Shown here in pieces: positions 12,390 through 24,745 of a DNA stretch of 64,000 bases. The position numbers and the translations under genes are program-made. The notes under the pieces were generated by a model. It saw only the letters and a list, made by a program, of their open reading frames with translations. It was not told the origin of the DNA and did no database searches. Origin of the DNA: Okamejei kenojei (taxonomy: Eukaryota); the NCBI GenBank assembly GCA_035221665.1, contig CM069132.1, forward strand, positions 64,232,001 to 64,296,000, read 5' to 3'. How positions within the stretch are numbered: the first letter of the stretch is position 1; each line of letters begins with the position of its first letter.

Positions 12390-12830
12390 TGTGAGTCGGG
12401 GGCCCCGGCTCTGTCTTCGCTACCTCTACCGGGTAGCGTTGCCGTCAGTTCGTGGTATTCCTGCGGCGTTGAGTCGGAGCTCCTGCTCTGCCTTCTCTAC
12501 CCGCGAATGGCAGTCTCCGAGCCCGGACTCTCCTGGGTCACGGGCTTGCCCGACTTCCGGGTAGCGTTGCCGTCAGCCCGCGGTGATCCTGTGTTGAGAC
12601 TGGCTGCCGCTCTGCCGTCGCTACCTGCGAACAGCAAGTCTGTGAGCCCGGACCTTGCCGGGTCAACGGGCTGCCCGACCTACCCGGTGTGTAGTAAAGC
12701 CGTCAGCCCGCAGTGATCCTATGGGCTGCGGTGTTGAGTCGGGGTTGCCGCGCTGCCGTCGCTACCTGCGAACGGCGAGTCTGTAAGACCCACTTCCCGG
12801 TGAATTCACGCCGTCAGTCCGCGGTCTCCT
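12390..12830. repeat. Imperfect tandem repeat, about 130-bp unit, about 3.5 copies
   Basis: Anchor GCCGTCAG at 12441, 12569, 12699 and 12810; shared GCCGTCGCTACCTGCGAAC and GAGCCCGGAC blocks. Confidence 0.8.
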
Positions 12831-12929
12831 TTCCACGATTGTCTGCCTCAACAAGTGCATTCCAAATAATATGCAAAGGCAATAAAAATATCAACATTCT
12901 AACAGTTTGAGTTTGCTAATCTGTGGTCC

Positions 12930-13013
12930 CAATTTCCCCCCCCCCCCCCCCCCCCCTGAAAACCTGAAATCCCCCCCCCCTGGGGGGAATTCCCCCCTGG
13001 CTGAGAACCCCTG
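12930..13013. mobile_element. Terminal fragment of a hAT-like DNA transposon
   Basis: Ends in GGCTGAGAACCCCTG (reverse complement CAGGGGTTCTCAGCC, hAT/Charlie-like terminus); internal palindrome GGGGGGAATTCCCCCC; partner end not found. Confidence 0.5.
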
Positions 13014-13053
13014 TATTAGAGGAACTTGCACAGTTTTATTCAGGGGATGGTGA

Positions 13054-13675
13054 TGTGAGGGATAAAGTGATTAAACCCCACTATTGTAAGGGGCTTTAAA
13101 GAGGATTCAAACCGATAGAGGCCAGGAAGAGGGTTCTGACAGCTGTGTATATGTTACCAGACCCATCCTTGAGTAAGAAGTGATAGCATTGTATAGCGGT
13201 AGAAGGGAGTGATGTAGATAAGACCCTATCAGTAGAAGGGAATGATAGATGGGACCCTTGTCACTATAGCTTAGCTTTAGTGCTGATATAGGAGAACTGA
13301 GAGAGTTCAGTTGGAGGTGAGTAAAACTAGGACAGGTCATGGACAACTGAGCATGCTTAATAAAATAAATGAATATTACAACACGCCCCTGGTCAAGAAA
13401 CTGCTCATTACCATGCATGTCTGGACATGCGATGTATGATGTAGGAGGTACTGGGGGGACGTACCTACAGATTGTGCACCCCAGTGTCTGATTGGAGGGG
13501 GTCAAAGGAGGGGAGGTTGGATATAGAATTGTGTGTATTAAGGGGTTTACCCTTCTGACTTCGGTGTGTCTCAACTTGGAGAGGCACCCGACTCCGCAGA
13601 CTCGCAAATAAAGAATCTCTTGCTTCGACGATTTAGTCTCTGAGTAGTGATTGTGAGCACATCGCATATCTCACA
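13054..13675 (+). mobile_element. Solo LTR (ERV- or Gypsy-like), 622 bp
   Basis: Inverted termini TGTGAG...CTCACA; flanks GTGA/GTGG (4-bp TSD with 1 mismatch); GATTGG near 13490, TATA-like sequence near 13520-13540, AATAAA at 13607-13612. Confidence 0.7.
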
Positions 13676-13994
13676 GTGGTGATGATGGAGAATCAGAAAA
13701 ACAAGCTAACAAAATTGCTCGATTTGTAGCTGTCAACATGAAAGCATTGTTTGAATAAATTTAAAGTGTTTTTAAAATCAGATTGTGACATTGATAAGAA
13801 AATTATCCACTACTGAACGCCTGCCCAAAGTGACCATGCAACATGGTGAAACAAACCTCGCACTTCTTATGAAGAATTTGACTGAGTACTTAAAAACATT
13901 AGTTAAAATAAGAGGCAATGGATGCAAGTATTAAATATTAGAGGAACTTTACATGAATGAATCTGGAGGGATAATGGACAAATGAAAATTACGT

Positions 13995-14126
13995 ATAGGA
14001 AGGAACTGCAGTTGCTAGTTTAAACCGAAGACGGACACAAAATGCTGGAGTAATTCAGTGGGATAGGCAGCATCCCTGAGATAGGAATGGGTGACATTTT
14101 GGGTCGAGACCCTTCTTCAGACTGAT
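13995..14126 (-). mobile_element. Penelope pLTR fragment
   Basis: GGAAGGAACTGCAG..GACACAAAATGCTGGAGTAA..GGGTCGAGACCCTTCTTCAGACTGAT. Confidence 0.75.
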
Positions 14127-14559
14127 GAAAGCCTTTCCTACTTTTAACAAGGGAGAAAGAACATATGGAGGGGACAGTAGACACGTCAGCCTAATGGTGC
14201 TAGGATATAAAGTGGAATTGTTATTCAAATGATTTAATATGAAAGTAAGATGAAATAGGGAAAATAATGACATGGATTTCCAAGGGGAAAGAAATGGCCT
14301 AAGAACATTGAATCCTGTAGGATATAATGAGTCTGATCATGTTCAAATTGGTCCAGTGGGGCTGTTGAGCTGGCAATATAAAAAAATATTCAAGTTATTT
14401 GAATAATTAAAGATTAAATTTGCATAAATTCAGGAACTGGAAATTATTGTTTAATTGTTTTTTATAATTGAAAAAATAAATCTGCATTTACTTTTTCACT
14501 CAAGGTTGGTGATCGCCTTTGAGTGAAGAGTTGCATTGCGTATGCCAGCCCTGGCTGAT

Positions 14560-15367
14560 ATCAGAATCACACTTTATTCGCCAAGTATGTTTTGCAACAT
14601 ACGAGGAATTTCATTGGCCATGTCAGTCATACAATTAAAAGCAACAGATCAGTCAAAAACACGTTTTAACATGAACATCCACAACAGTGACTCCTATACG
14701 TTCCTCACTGTGATGGAAGGTAAAATAAAGTTCAAGTTCTTCCTCGGTCGTGGGCCTCGAGCCCCCGTTGACGGGACGTTCTTGACTCCCGTAGCCGGCG
14801 GCGTTCAGGCCCTCCACGTCGAGGCGATCAGCTCCCGCATTGGGGGAATGTCAGCTCCCCCGCGCCGGGCGATCAAACCTCGCGTCGGGGCTGGTCGAAC
14901 CTTCCGTGACGTTGGAGCTTCCCGACTCGGCCTCTCCCGAAGACTGTGAGCTTTTGATGGTAAGTCATTAGTGGGAGCAATCCCAGGCAAGGGATCAGCT
15001 CCGATGTTAAGTCCGCGCACCGCGATACGGCTCAAAGTCAGTCCAGGGAGGCCTCCAACTCCATAGATGGAAGGCCGCAGAGTGACCGGAGAATGTGATG
15101 TGAAAATTAATCACATCTCCGGCAAGGTAAGAAACTGAAAAAAAAGTTTCCCCCGATCCCCTCCCCCCTCCCCCCTCCCCCCCCCCCCCCCTCCCCCCTC
15201 CCCCCTCCCCCCCCCTCCCCCCTCCCCCCCTCCCCCTCCCCCCTCCCCCCACATAAAACAAACCAAAGAACGTTAAAACAAACATTTATCACTAAAAGAT
15301 AACAAACATAATGAAAATACGAACAGACTGCCGACAGGGTAGCCATTGCCCCGGCGCCCCTGGTGGT
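14560..15367 (-). mobile_element. Non-autonomous retroelement with Rex1/Babar-like 3' tail
   Basis: Colinear with the second copy at 39693-40338; 3' end ..CATACTTGGCGAATAAAGTGTGATTCTGAT; CpG-rich body with no RT ORF. Confidence 0.7.
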
Positions 15368-15956
15368 ACATAAATATCAAACGGAAGGGCCAGATATGGA
15401 GTGCATCTGGCCCCCTCAACCAAGAAGACTTGTTCTTTTGCTTCTGGGCTCCAGGATGAATGCAGTAGTGGAGCGAGAGTTCGGATGTTCGGGCATTTGT
15501 CGTCCAGTTTGTTTTTGACTTCCACATTACAATGCGCAGACCAGGAGATTGATGTTGGGCACCCCTTGAAGAGGTTGTGGGCAGTGTTTTTATCTGGAAC
15601 TGACGTGAAAAGGTATATTTGGCTCAGCCCATTGAATAAATGTATGTCACAGATGGAATTGGACTTTAAAACAAGCTTTAGGCATGGCATTGTCATAACT
15701 AACTTAAAATATGAGGCCAAGTATAATCAGGATGGATTACATTATAAATAATGGGATTAGCAAAATTATTCCATGTTGATGGCTATTGGCAACATTGTTC
15801 AGTTTGCACAAGTGATTTGTCCTGTTAGTGGTGGAATAAGAATAGCTAAATTTGACATTTTGTAGAAGAATTATTGGTGTGATGCAGTTAATACAAAGAA
15901 AAAAAATGCAATTTAAACTACAAGAGAATAACAAAAGGAATCGGCGTCTGTTATTG

Positions 15957-16050
15957 AAAGTAGACAAAAGTGCTGGAGAAACTCAGCGGGCGAAGCAGCA
16001 TCTATAGAGCGAAGGAATAGGTGCTGTTTCGGGTCGAGACCCATCTTCAG
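15957..16050 (-). mobile_element. Penelope pLTR fragment
   Basis: GTAGACAAAAGTGCTGGAGAAACTCAGCGGG..GTTTCGGGTCGAGACCC. Confidence 0.75.
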
Positions 16051-16074
16051 TTCTTTCTTAAACACAGTGTCTGT

Positions 16075-18470
16075 TATTGGCTAGTTTACCTTCATATTTC
16101 ATCTATTCTCCCCATATTGCCGTTTTGGCTACCTTCTATTGTTTTTTTAAAAAGCTCCTCAATTCTCCAGCTTCCCACTGATCTTTGCAATATTATTTGT
16201 CTTCTCTTTTCACTTTGTGCTGCCTTTGACTTCCCCATCAGCAATGGCCGCTTCATTCTTCCTTTAGAATCTTTCTTCTTCTTTGGGATGAAAAGGTCCT
16301 GCTTCTTCCAAACTCCTACCATTGCCAGTCCACCTGCTAGAGTCCACTGCCAATCAACTTTAGCCAGTTCCTTCCTCATGCCTCTGTAGTCAACAGTAAT
16401 GCTGATGCCTCCAAATTCTTAATCTCCAATTCAAACTGCAGTTTGAATTTTATCATGTTAAGGTCGTTACTTTCTATGTCCTTTACCTTAATCTCCCTAA
16501 TCACATCCGGTCCGTTACACAATACCAAATCCAGAATTGCCTTTTCCCTTCTAGGTCAACTCCAAGCTGCTCTAAGAAACCATCTCGTAGGCACACTATA
16601 AATTTGTTCTCTTGGGATCCAGTACCAACCTGATTTTTCCAGAATACTGCATTGGCTTTCTTGCATACCGATTGTATCTCCTGAGGTAATTTGTTCCCAA
16701 CATCTTGTCTACTGTTTGGAGGCCTGGAAATAACTCCCATCAGGGTCGTTTTACCCTTACAATTTCTTAGCTCTACCCATATGGACTCTCCATCTTCTGA
16801 TCCTGTGTCACCCCTTGCTAGAGACCGAATGTCATTCCTTATCAGCAGAGCTACTTTTCGATAGGATGAGTGGTCTTGGCTATTCGGCTTCCAGCTCTGA
16901 TCCTCTTTCAGCCACAGCTCCATGATGCCACAGTTGTAACAACCAATTTCTAACTCTGCTACAAGGTCATCCACTTTGTTCCGTATACTGTATGCATTCA
17001 ATTGTAACACTGTTAGTTCGGTATTCACCACTCTTCTCACATTTACCTGACAGACTCTTATCCCTTCTTAGACTATCTGTCCTATTACTTCTGGAGAATT
17101 CAGTAACCTCCTCTGCACTCTCCTTCCCTTTAACTTCATCCATACTTTTCCGATTTGTTGACCCCATCCCCCACTATTTAGTTCAAAGCCCTATCTTTGG
17201 CTCTGGTTATGTGGTTTGTGTAAGAAAGAACTGCAGATGCTGGTTTAAATCTAGGGTAGACACAAAATGCTGGAGTCATTCAGCGGGTGAGGTAGCATCT
17301 CTAGAGAGAAGGAATGGGCGACATTTCGGGTTGAGACCCTTCCTCAGACTGATTATGTGGTTTGCCAGGACCCTGGTCCCAGCCTGGTTCAAATGGAGTC
17401 CGTCCCATCGGAGCAACTCCCTTTTTCCCCAATACTGGCGCAAATGTCCCATGAATTCAAATCCACTTTTCCCACACCAATCTTTGAGCCACACATTCAA
17501 CTGCTTAATCTTCTTGACCCAATGCCAATTTGCTCGTGGCCCTGGTAGCAATCCGGAGATTATTACCTTTTTAGTTCTGCTTTTCAATTTAATCCCCAGC
17601 TTCTCAAATTCCGTGAGCAGAACCTCTTTCCTAGTTTTGCCAACACTATTGGTACCCCTATGGATCATGACTGCTGGATCTTTCTCCTCCCATTCCATAT
17701 TGCTCTGCAGGGTAGACCAGATGTCCCGAGCCCAGGCACCAGGCAAGCAGCACAGCATTTGGGACTCTTGATCCTCGTGACATGGAATAGTATCTATCTG
17801 CAATTACAACAACTATGTGTCTTTTCTCTCTCAACTGTTGAATGGTTCCCTGATCCACTGTGCCATGGTTAGTCTGCTCATCCTTCCAACAGCCCCCCTG
17901 CATGTCTGCACAAGGAGCAAGAATCTCAGACCTGCTTGACAAGCTCAAGTGCTGAGGCTCCTTAAACACTGCCTTCACCTCTATCCCCCTGCCTGCCTCA
18001 GTCACACCCTCCTCCTGACCACTGGCCAAGTTGGAAGCAGTTACTAATAGGTGTGACCGTCTAAAAAACACAGCGTCCAGGTAATTTTCTCTATCTCCGA
18101 TGTGCCACAACGTTTGAAGCTCAGACTCCAGGACGTCAACTTTGAGCCTGAGTTCCTTGATCAACACTTGCTGCAGATGTGGTCACCAGGAGTCACTAAA
18201 GGGTCCACCAGCTCCCACATCATACAACTGTAGCACATAGTGTGTGTGACCCTGCATGCCTTCTTTGTTGTTGCCAATAGCACCCAGTTACTCTTCTGCT
18301 GATCTGCTCTGGGCTTGACAGGTGAGTGCTCCTTCCCTCTGCCCTTCTCGCCAAAGCCTCTTGAGCCAAAGTGTCAAGTTGCACTTTGCCTCATCATGGT
18401 CGCTCCCAACAGACTGGTCAGCTGAATATTGCAGCCTTTTATGTGCTAATTTGCCCACTTCAATCTAATG
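16075..18470 (-). mobile_element. CR1 LINE 5' portion: ORF1 (coiled-coil plus SGNH esterase) and ORF2 endonuclease, decayed
   Basis: ORF1: ELRLKVDVLESELQTL, CLPGA..VMIHRGTNS..DGLHLN; ORF2: LNAYSIRNKVDDL..ESIWVELRN..GVISRPPN. Confidence 0.9.
17219..17352 (-). mobile_element. Penelope pLTR inserted into CR1 ORF1
   Basis: 12-bp TSD TTATGTGGTTTG at 17207-17218 and 17353-17364. Confidence 0.85.
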
Positions 18471-19829
18471 TCCCGCCTTCTCAATCAGCAACACTGAATT
18501 GTCAAAAACACTCTTCCATTTCTTTCTGCCGAGTTTATCATTGAGTTCCGGTTCATGTGGAAGTTATTTGTAGTTACCCGTATGTGAAAAGAAAAAAGTT
18601 GGCTCTAATTCTGGGGTGAAATATATGATTCTTTTAGTATGTGTCGTTGGTTGTCGTTATATATGGCAAGCCTGCTTTCCTTCCTTTGTTTCACAATATA
18701 TTCTATTACTTCTCGGGGAAGAGAGAAATACTAGCTGCTCAAGAACAGTGTCTGCTGTATTGCCTGACAAGGTAACTCAGATTGATTTTGTCAGATTGGC
18801 ACCAATTCAACTGCTTGGCAGTTCTAAATAAGTTGCTGAGAAATGCATCTTGGGTCTGTTGGGCAAAACATGACATGTGCCAGCAGCTATGTTACACTCT
18901 GATAATTTGAATTGGACTTGCTGTTTGTTAGAATGCATAAACATAATTTTCTGTGAACACGAATTTCATTTGAGGGAAGACTTGCCTTGGAAAATTGGCA
19001 TAATTTCTAAATGAATACATCAATGAAATGTCATGCATGTTTGAAGGGCCAACACAGAATAAGCACACTTATTTACGCATTGCACAGAGAAGGCCATCAT
19101 CTTTTTGGTATTCATCATTGCTCTTGGTTCTCTGTTGCCCAGAGTAAAGGTACTTGCACAGTGTGCTGATCTGGCTAATGCAGAGAAAAAAACATAAAAT
19201 GTTGGAAACCTCTATCCAGTCAACTGCATGTATGGAGAATCAGAGTTAATGTTTCAGATCAATGACTTGCACAACAACTGTACTTGTCTCTTCCGCAAAT
19301 GCTGCCTAACGTGCAGAGGATTTAATATTTAGTTACTTTCAAATTTCTACTATCTGTGGTGTTTTCCTGTTTCCCCCCTAGAAGCCAATATAAACTCGGG
19401 CAAGATTGTAGTTCTATGTTCCTATTACCCTTGTGACCTTTACTGTCTAGAAGGACAGGTTTGGGGTGCACTATTCATGACGTTTAAGTTCCTGTAATGC
19501 ATCTTATAAGAGTTGATCATCACAGCCATTGTACACTGATGTAGAGGCTCTTTGTTCAAGCACTGTAATTGTAATTATCCAGTGAAGTGAAAAATATCCC
19601 CTTGTGACTTTGCCATATTGTCTCATTGGCATCCATCAGTAGGAACATTAAATTCTCTTTTAAGAGAACATTGATATTGGTATATTCACCTTTTTTGGGG
19701 GGACCATGGTGGAATTTGGCAGGAGTTGCAATCTTGTTTTAGATGAAGAAACTATGTTGGCTGGAGGTCTTTAATAGAAGGGCAAAATTTAAGCTGAAAA
19801 AGCTGGCAACAATGAGGAAAGCTTGCAAC

Positions 19830-21238
19830 AGTGTGCAAATCCAAAGAGAATGAAGGACTAGCCTTACCCAATTTCCTCTTTTACTATTGGGCAAGGAATG
19901 TTAAAACCATAATTTTCTGGCTGGATGACTTGCATCAACAGGCAAACTGGCTAAAAATGGAAAGAGAAGATTGCTTGCCCTATCTTCATAGGCTCGATTG
20001 TCCTGTCTCCAATATCCCTGAATAAGTCAATGTATGGGCATAATCGTATAATACATGGTACTATCCGTATCTGGAAACATTTGAAACATAATCTCAACTT
20101 GAGAGACATGTTTCTCCTTCTTCCTATTGCAAACAATCCCTCTTTTAAATCCTCTACTTTAGATGGTGTTTTCGCTCAATGGAAGAATAAGGGAATCAAC
20201 ACTGTGGGAGACCTTTATCAGAAGGGGACTCTTTCTTCCTTCAAAGAATTGCTGGAGAAATACGATCTGAACACTAATAATTTTTTTCAGATACCTCCAG
20301 GTTAGGGACTATGTGAGAACATACAGGCACGAACGACTACTCCTCTGCAGGTCCAGGCAAACTCGATGAGTGTTTGAATAGACATGCAGATACAGAAAAG
20401 TTGATATCCCACATTTACGATGTCCTCCAAAACATTGATACCCCATCATCTGAGGTTTATAGGCGTGCATGGGAGGATGAGATGGGTCAACAAATCTCCA
20501 ATGATATATGGGACGAAAGTCTCCAATACATTCATTATTGCTCCTTAAATGCTATACACTGCCTAATACAGTTCAAAGTGCTGCACAGACTATATTACTC
20601 AAAGAACAAATTGGGTAAGATTTTCCCCAGTGTGTCCCCTCTTTCTGATAAATGTCAGTTTCAAGAAGCCGCAGTTTTGTACTGTGTACAAAAATAGAAA
20701 GTTTTGGACTAAAGTATTCAGTGTCACCTCCAAAACACTGAAAACCCCATTAGAGCCAGACCCAAAATTGATAATACTGGGAATATCAGAGGCATGTAGC
20801 AATCTAACTAACGGTCTCTCAATGATGCTTTCTCGATTATGGTCTAATATCAGCAAAAAAAACTGATACTTGAATTCTGAAAAAAGACTGCAGTCCCTTC
20901 TGTGAATATGAGGATTACAGAAATGACAGATACACTACATTTAGAGAGAATTAGGTTTGTCTTGAATGATAAACTGGAACAATTAAAATATGGTCTTTTA
21001 ATGAATTTCTTGAGCAATACAATGGTTGAACACAAATTGGAAACCGATCGTAGAGCTGGGTGAGCGGGCGCATGGGTGGGTCGATGGATATATCTCCTCT
21101 TTCTTCTTTCCTTCTCTCTTTCTTCTCTTTTTAATTTAAGGTTCTGTTTGAAAATTGTTAAAACTGAAGCTATGCTAGAGTTGTAAAATTGTGAAGTCTT
21201 TTTGTACAATCACTTCCAATAAAATATATATTTAAAAA
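19830..21238 (+). mobile_element. L1 LINE 3' fragment (ORF2 C-terminus and 3' UTR)
   Basis: GLALPNFLFYYWA; CSLNAIHCLIQFKVLHRLY (zf-RVT region); AATAAA and A-rich tail near 21218-21238. Confidence 0.85.
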
Positions 21239-21611
21239 GTTTTTATAAATGTGTTCAGAATGGAAACAGGATTCCACTGTCTCCACTGACCAAATGGCCA
21301 TTAATACTAACCCCAGGTTTCCCCTCAGTCCCAACAACTTCTCTTTCTCTCCCTCCCCCACCATTCTCCTGCTATTCAACAGTCACAGTTTACAGCCAAG
21401 TAACCTATCAACAAGCATATCTTTGGCACAAGGGTGGAAAGCGGATTAGCTAGTGAAAACCACATAGTTACAAGAAGAACATGTAAATTCAACACCACAG
21501 CATGGTAGCTCAGGATAATTCTGTGCTATCTGTTTGCCGGGAGTAGCTTTAGAATACAGTGGCTGTGAAAAATGACAGATGCCTATAGATTAAAAAAACA
21601 AATGAGGAATT

Positions 21612-22198
21612 GAAACATAGAAAATAGGTGCAGGAGGAGGCCATTCGGCCCTTCAAGCCAGCACCGCCATTCATTGTGATCATGGCTGAACGTCCCCTAT
21701 CAATAACCCATGCCTGCCTTCTCCCCATATCCCTTGACTCCACTAGCCCCTAGAGCTCTATCCAACTACCTCTTAAATCCATCCAGTGACTTGGCCTCCA
21801 CTGCCCTCTGTGGCAGGGAATTCCATAAATTCACAACTCTGAATTCTGGGTGAAAATGTTTTTTCTCACCTCAGTCTTAAATGACCTCCCCTTTATTCTA
21901 AGACTGTGGCCCCTGGTTCTGGACTCGCCCAACATTGGGCACATTTTTCCTGCAACTAGCTTGTCCAGTCCTTTAATAATTTTATATGTTTCTATAAGAT
22001 ATCCCCTCATCCTTCTAAACTCCAGTGCATACAAGCATAGTCTTTTCAATCGTTCCTCATATGACAGTCCCGCCATCCCAGGGATCAATCTCATGAACCT
22101 ACGCTACATTGCCTCAATCACAAGGATGTCATTCCTCAAATTAGGAGACCAAAACTGTACACAATACACCAGATGTGGTCTCACCAGAGCCCTACACA
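21612..22198 (-). mobile_element. CR1 3' end
   Basis: RLIPGMAGLSYEERL..RTRGHSLRI; 3' UTR ending ..GCACCTATTTTCTATGTTTC. Confidence 0.9.
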
Positions 22199-22627
22199 AG
22201 AGCCCTCTTCAAGAAGAGTGGCAATGTTCAGAATGTGGGAAAAGATGAGTCAGTTGGTCTTGACTTAATTGGTCTGATGGTCATCTCTGCACTGTAGCAT
22301 TGAAAATAAAGGTCCATATGGTTTAATGTACCATTATTTAGTCAACACAGGATGTGGATAATGAAAACATTGATTTCCTCGTTTATTTAAGCACTTTGTT
22401 TTACAACTAACACTGGCATAATACACAGAAAATCACATGGTTGAATAACTTGGGAATTAATAACCTAAAATCACTTTGTTGCTTTGAAATATGCCAAACT
22501 AAATCCGCTGCATCTCAGTATTTTTGTTGCATTAAAAGTGACAGGTACACAAGAGACTGCAGATAATTTTGAGCAAAATAGAGTGTTGGACAGACCCTAA
22601 GGGCAGCATCTGTGGAGGGAAATGGAG

Positions 22628-23680
22628 AGTAATGGTGGATAGCTGTTTGTCAGGTTGGAAGCCGGTGACCAGTGGGGTGTCTCAAGGATCTGTGTTAGGT
22701 CCACTGTTGTTTGTCATGTAAATCAATTATCTGGATGATGGGGTGGAAAATCGGATAAGTAAGTATGCAGATGATACTAAGATAGGTGGTGTTGTGGATA
22801 ATGAAGTAGATTTTCAAAGTCTACAGAGAGATTTGGGCCATATGGAAAAGTGGGCTGAAAGATGGCAGATGGAGTTTAATGCTGATAAGTGTGAAGTGCT
22901 ACATCTTGGCAGGACAAATCAAAATAGGACGTACATGGTAAATGGTAGGGAATTGAGGAATGTTGTGGAACAGAGAGATCTAGGAATAACTGTGCATAGT
23001 TCCCTGAAGGTGGAATCGCATGTAGATGGGGTGGTAAAGAAAGCCTTTGGTGTGCTGGCCTTTATAAATCAGAGCATTGAATATAGGAGCAGGGAAGTAA
23101 TGTTAAAATTGTACAAGGCATTGGTGAGACCAATTCTGGAGTATGGTGTACAATTTTGGTCGCCTAATTATAGGAAGGATGTCAACAAAATAGAGAGAGT
23201 GCAGAGGAGATTTACTAGAATGTTGCCTGGGATCCAGCAACTATGTTACAGAGAAAGGTTGAACAAGTTAGGTCTTTATTGTTTGGAGCGCAGATGGTTA
23301 AGGGGGGACTTGATTGAGGTCTTTAAAATGATGAAAGGGATAGACAGAGTTGACATGGATAAGCTTTTCCCATTAAGGGTAGGGAAGATTCAAACAAGAG
23401 GGCATGACATGCGAATGAAGGGACGGAAGTTTAGGGGTAACGTGAGGGGGATCTTCTTTACTCAGAGGGTGGTGGCTGTGTGGAATGAGCTTCCAGCAGA
23501 AGTGGTGGAGGCAGGATCGATTTTAACATTTAAAACTAGAGTGGATAAGTATATGGAAGGGAATGGAGGGGTATGGTCTGAGTGCAGGCAGATGGGACTA
23601 GGGGAAAACAAATGGTCGGCACGGACTGGAAGGGCCGAGAGGGCCTGTTTCCGTGCTGTAATTGTTATATGGTTATATGC
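22628..23680 (+). mobile_element. CR1 RT C-terminal half and 3' end (321-aa open frame 22743-23708)
   Basis: KYADDTKIGG, WQMEFNADKC, LVRPILEYGVQFWSP, TRGH motifs. Confidence 0.92.
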
Positions 23681-24049
23681 AAAGTTTAGTGGTAAGATCC
23701 TCTTTTAGATTGATGGGGGGTGGAGAAAGCTGGAAGAAGAGTGGGAGGGGTGCGGCAAGCCAGGCAGGTGATGTGTGGATCCAGGTGAGCAGTGGTAATT
23801 AGCAGACGGGTGGAGATGGTGGCAAAGGCTTTAGGCGAAATGGAGACAAAAGGGAGTTGAATAAGTAAAATGTAATAGTGAAATGTAAAGCTGGAGGGAG
23901 GGATATGGGATAGAAGTGGGATGGGAATAAAAAGGAAATGCAGTGTCGTATGAGGGAGGGGTGGGAAATGAATGGGAGGAGAAAGGAACAGGGATGGGGG
24001 TGAAAGCTGTCTGCATCGGGCTGAGGGGGGTGGGGGGTGTGATTGTATG

Positions 24050-24745
24050 CTACCCAAGCGGCTATGACAGGTTCCAACAGTACCAGACATGGGACCAACG
24101 CCATGTGTAAATTCATTACCGACACCACCATTGTTGGATGAATTATGGATAACGATGAGTTGCAGCAAAGCAGGGAGACAGATAATCTGATTAAATGATG
24201 CTACAAAAAAAAACTTGCTCTCAACATCAGCACCACTAAAGAGTGATTGTCGGTGAAGTGGGTAGCCAAAGATCCACGATCATCATTGGGAGAGATCAAC
24301 AACTTCAAGTTCCTGGGTGTGCATATCTCCGAAGATCTGTCCTGAGCCCTGCATATTGATGCAGTCATAAAGAAACCCCATTAATGCCTTTACATAGATT
24401 GGTATAGCGATGAATACTCTTGATTTTCAAGAGGGGTACGGTAGAAAGCATGTTAACTAGTTGCATCACTGCCTGGTTCATCAACTCGAATTTGCAGGAA
24501 TGAAGATTACAAAAACTGGTGAATACTGTCCGATCCATCAGAGGTATTTCCACTATTGGGACAGGATCTTTTGGAGAAGCTGCCTCAAAAAGGCTGCTTG
24601 CATCAAGAACCAGCATCGCCCTGGCAATGCTGGGGTTTTTTTTCCACTCCTATCAGGATGCGGGTGTGGGAGTCTGAAAACCATGACCTCCTGGGTCAAG
24701 AATAGTTTATTCCAATCAACCGTCAGGCTCTTGCACACCAAAAAT
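24050..24745 (+). mobile_element. Rex1/Babar LINE 3' fragment, decayed
   Basis: Decayed KF..DTTIVG..DNDE region; FKFLGVHISEDLS reads at 24304-24342; 3' KNSLFQSTVRLL. Confidence 0.7.

Larger units (their letters stand above)
8837..12905 (-). mobile_element. DIRS1-type tyrosine-recombinase retrotransposon, internally deleted and frameshifted
   Basis: Gag-like ORF 11373-12293; RT C-terminus and RNase H (LQTDASAMGWGA, INYLEMLGA); methyltransferase-like block (DIDLLAS..N..DAF..W, FYAFP); YR motifs (AQRVQTL, HSTR near 9420, GW..ETTFQHFYNKP). Confidence 0.9.

Noticed and set aside
12390-12830. Repeat array resembling CRISPR
   Set aside because: Whole units are homologous, with no unique spacers and no cas genes; eukaryotic context.
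15353-15366. CTCF-like motif CCACCAGGGGCGCC at the retroelement 5' end (also 40319-40332)
   Set aside because: One G short of the CCASYAGRKGGC core in both copies.
22743-23708. 321-aa ORF as a functional gene
   Set aside because: 5'-truncated CR1 RT with a stop codon just upstream; no endonuclease or start context.
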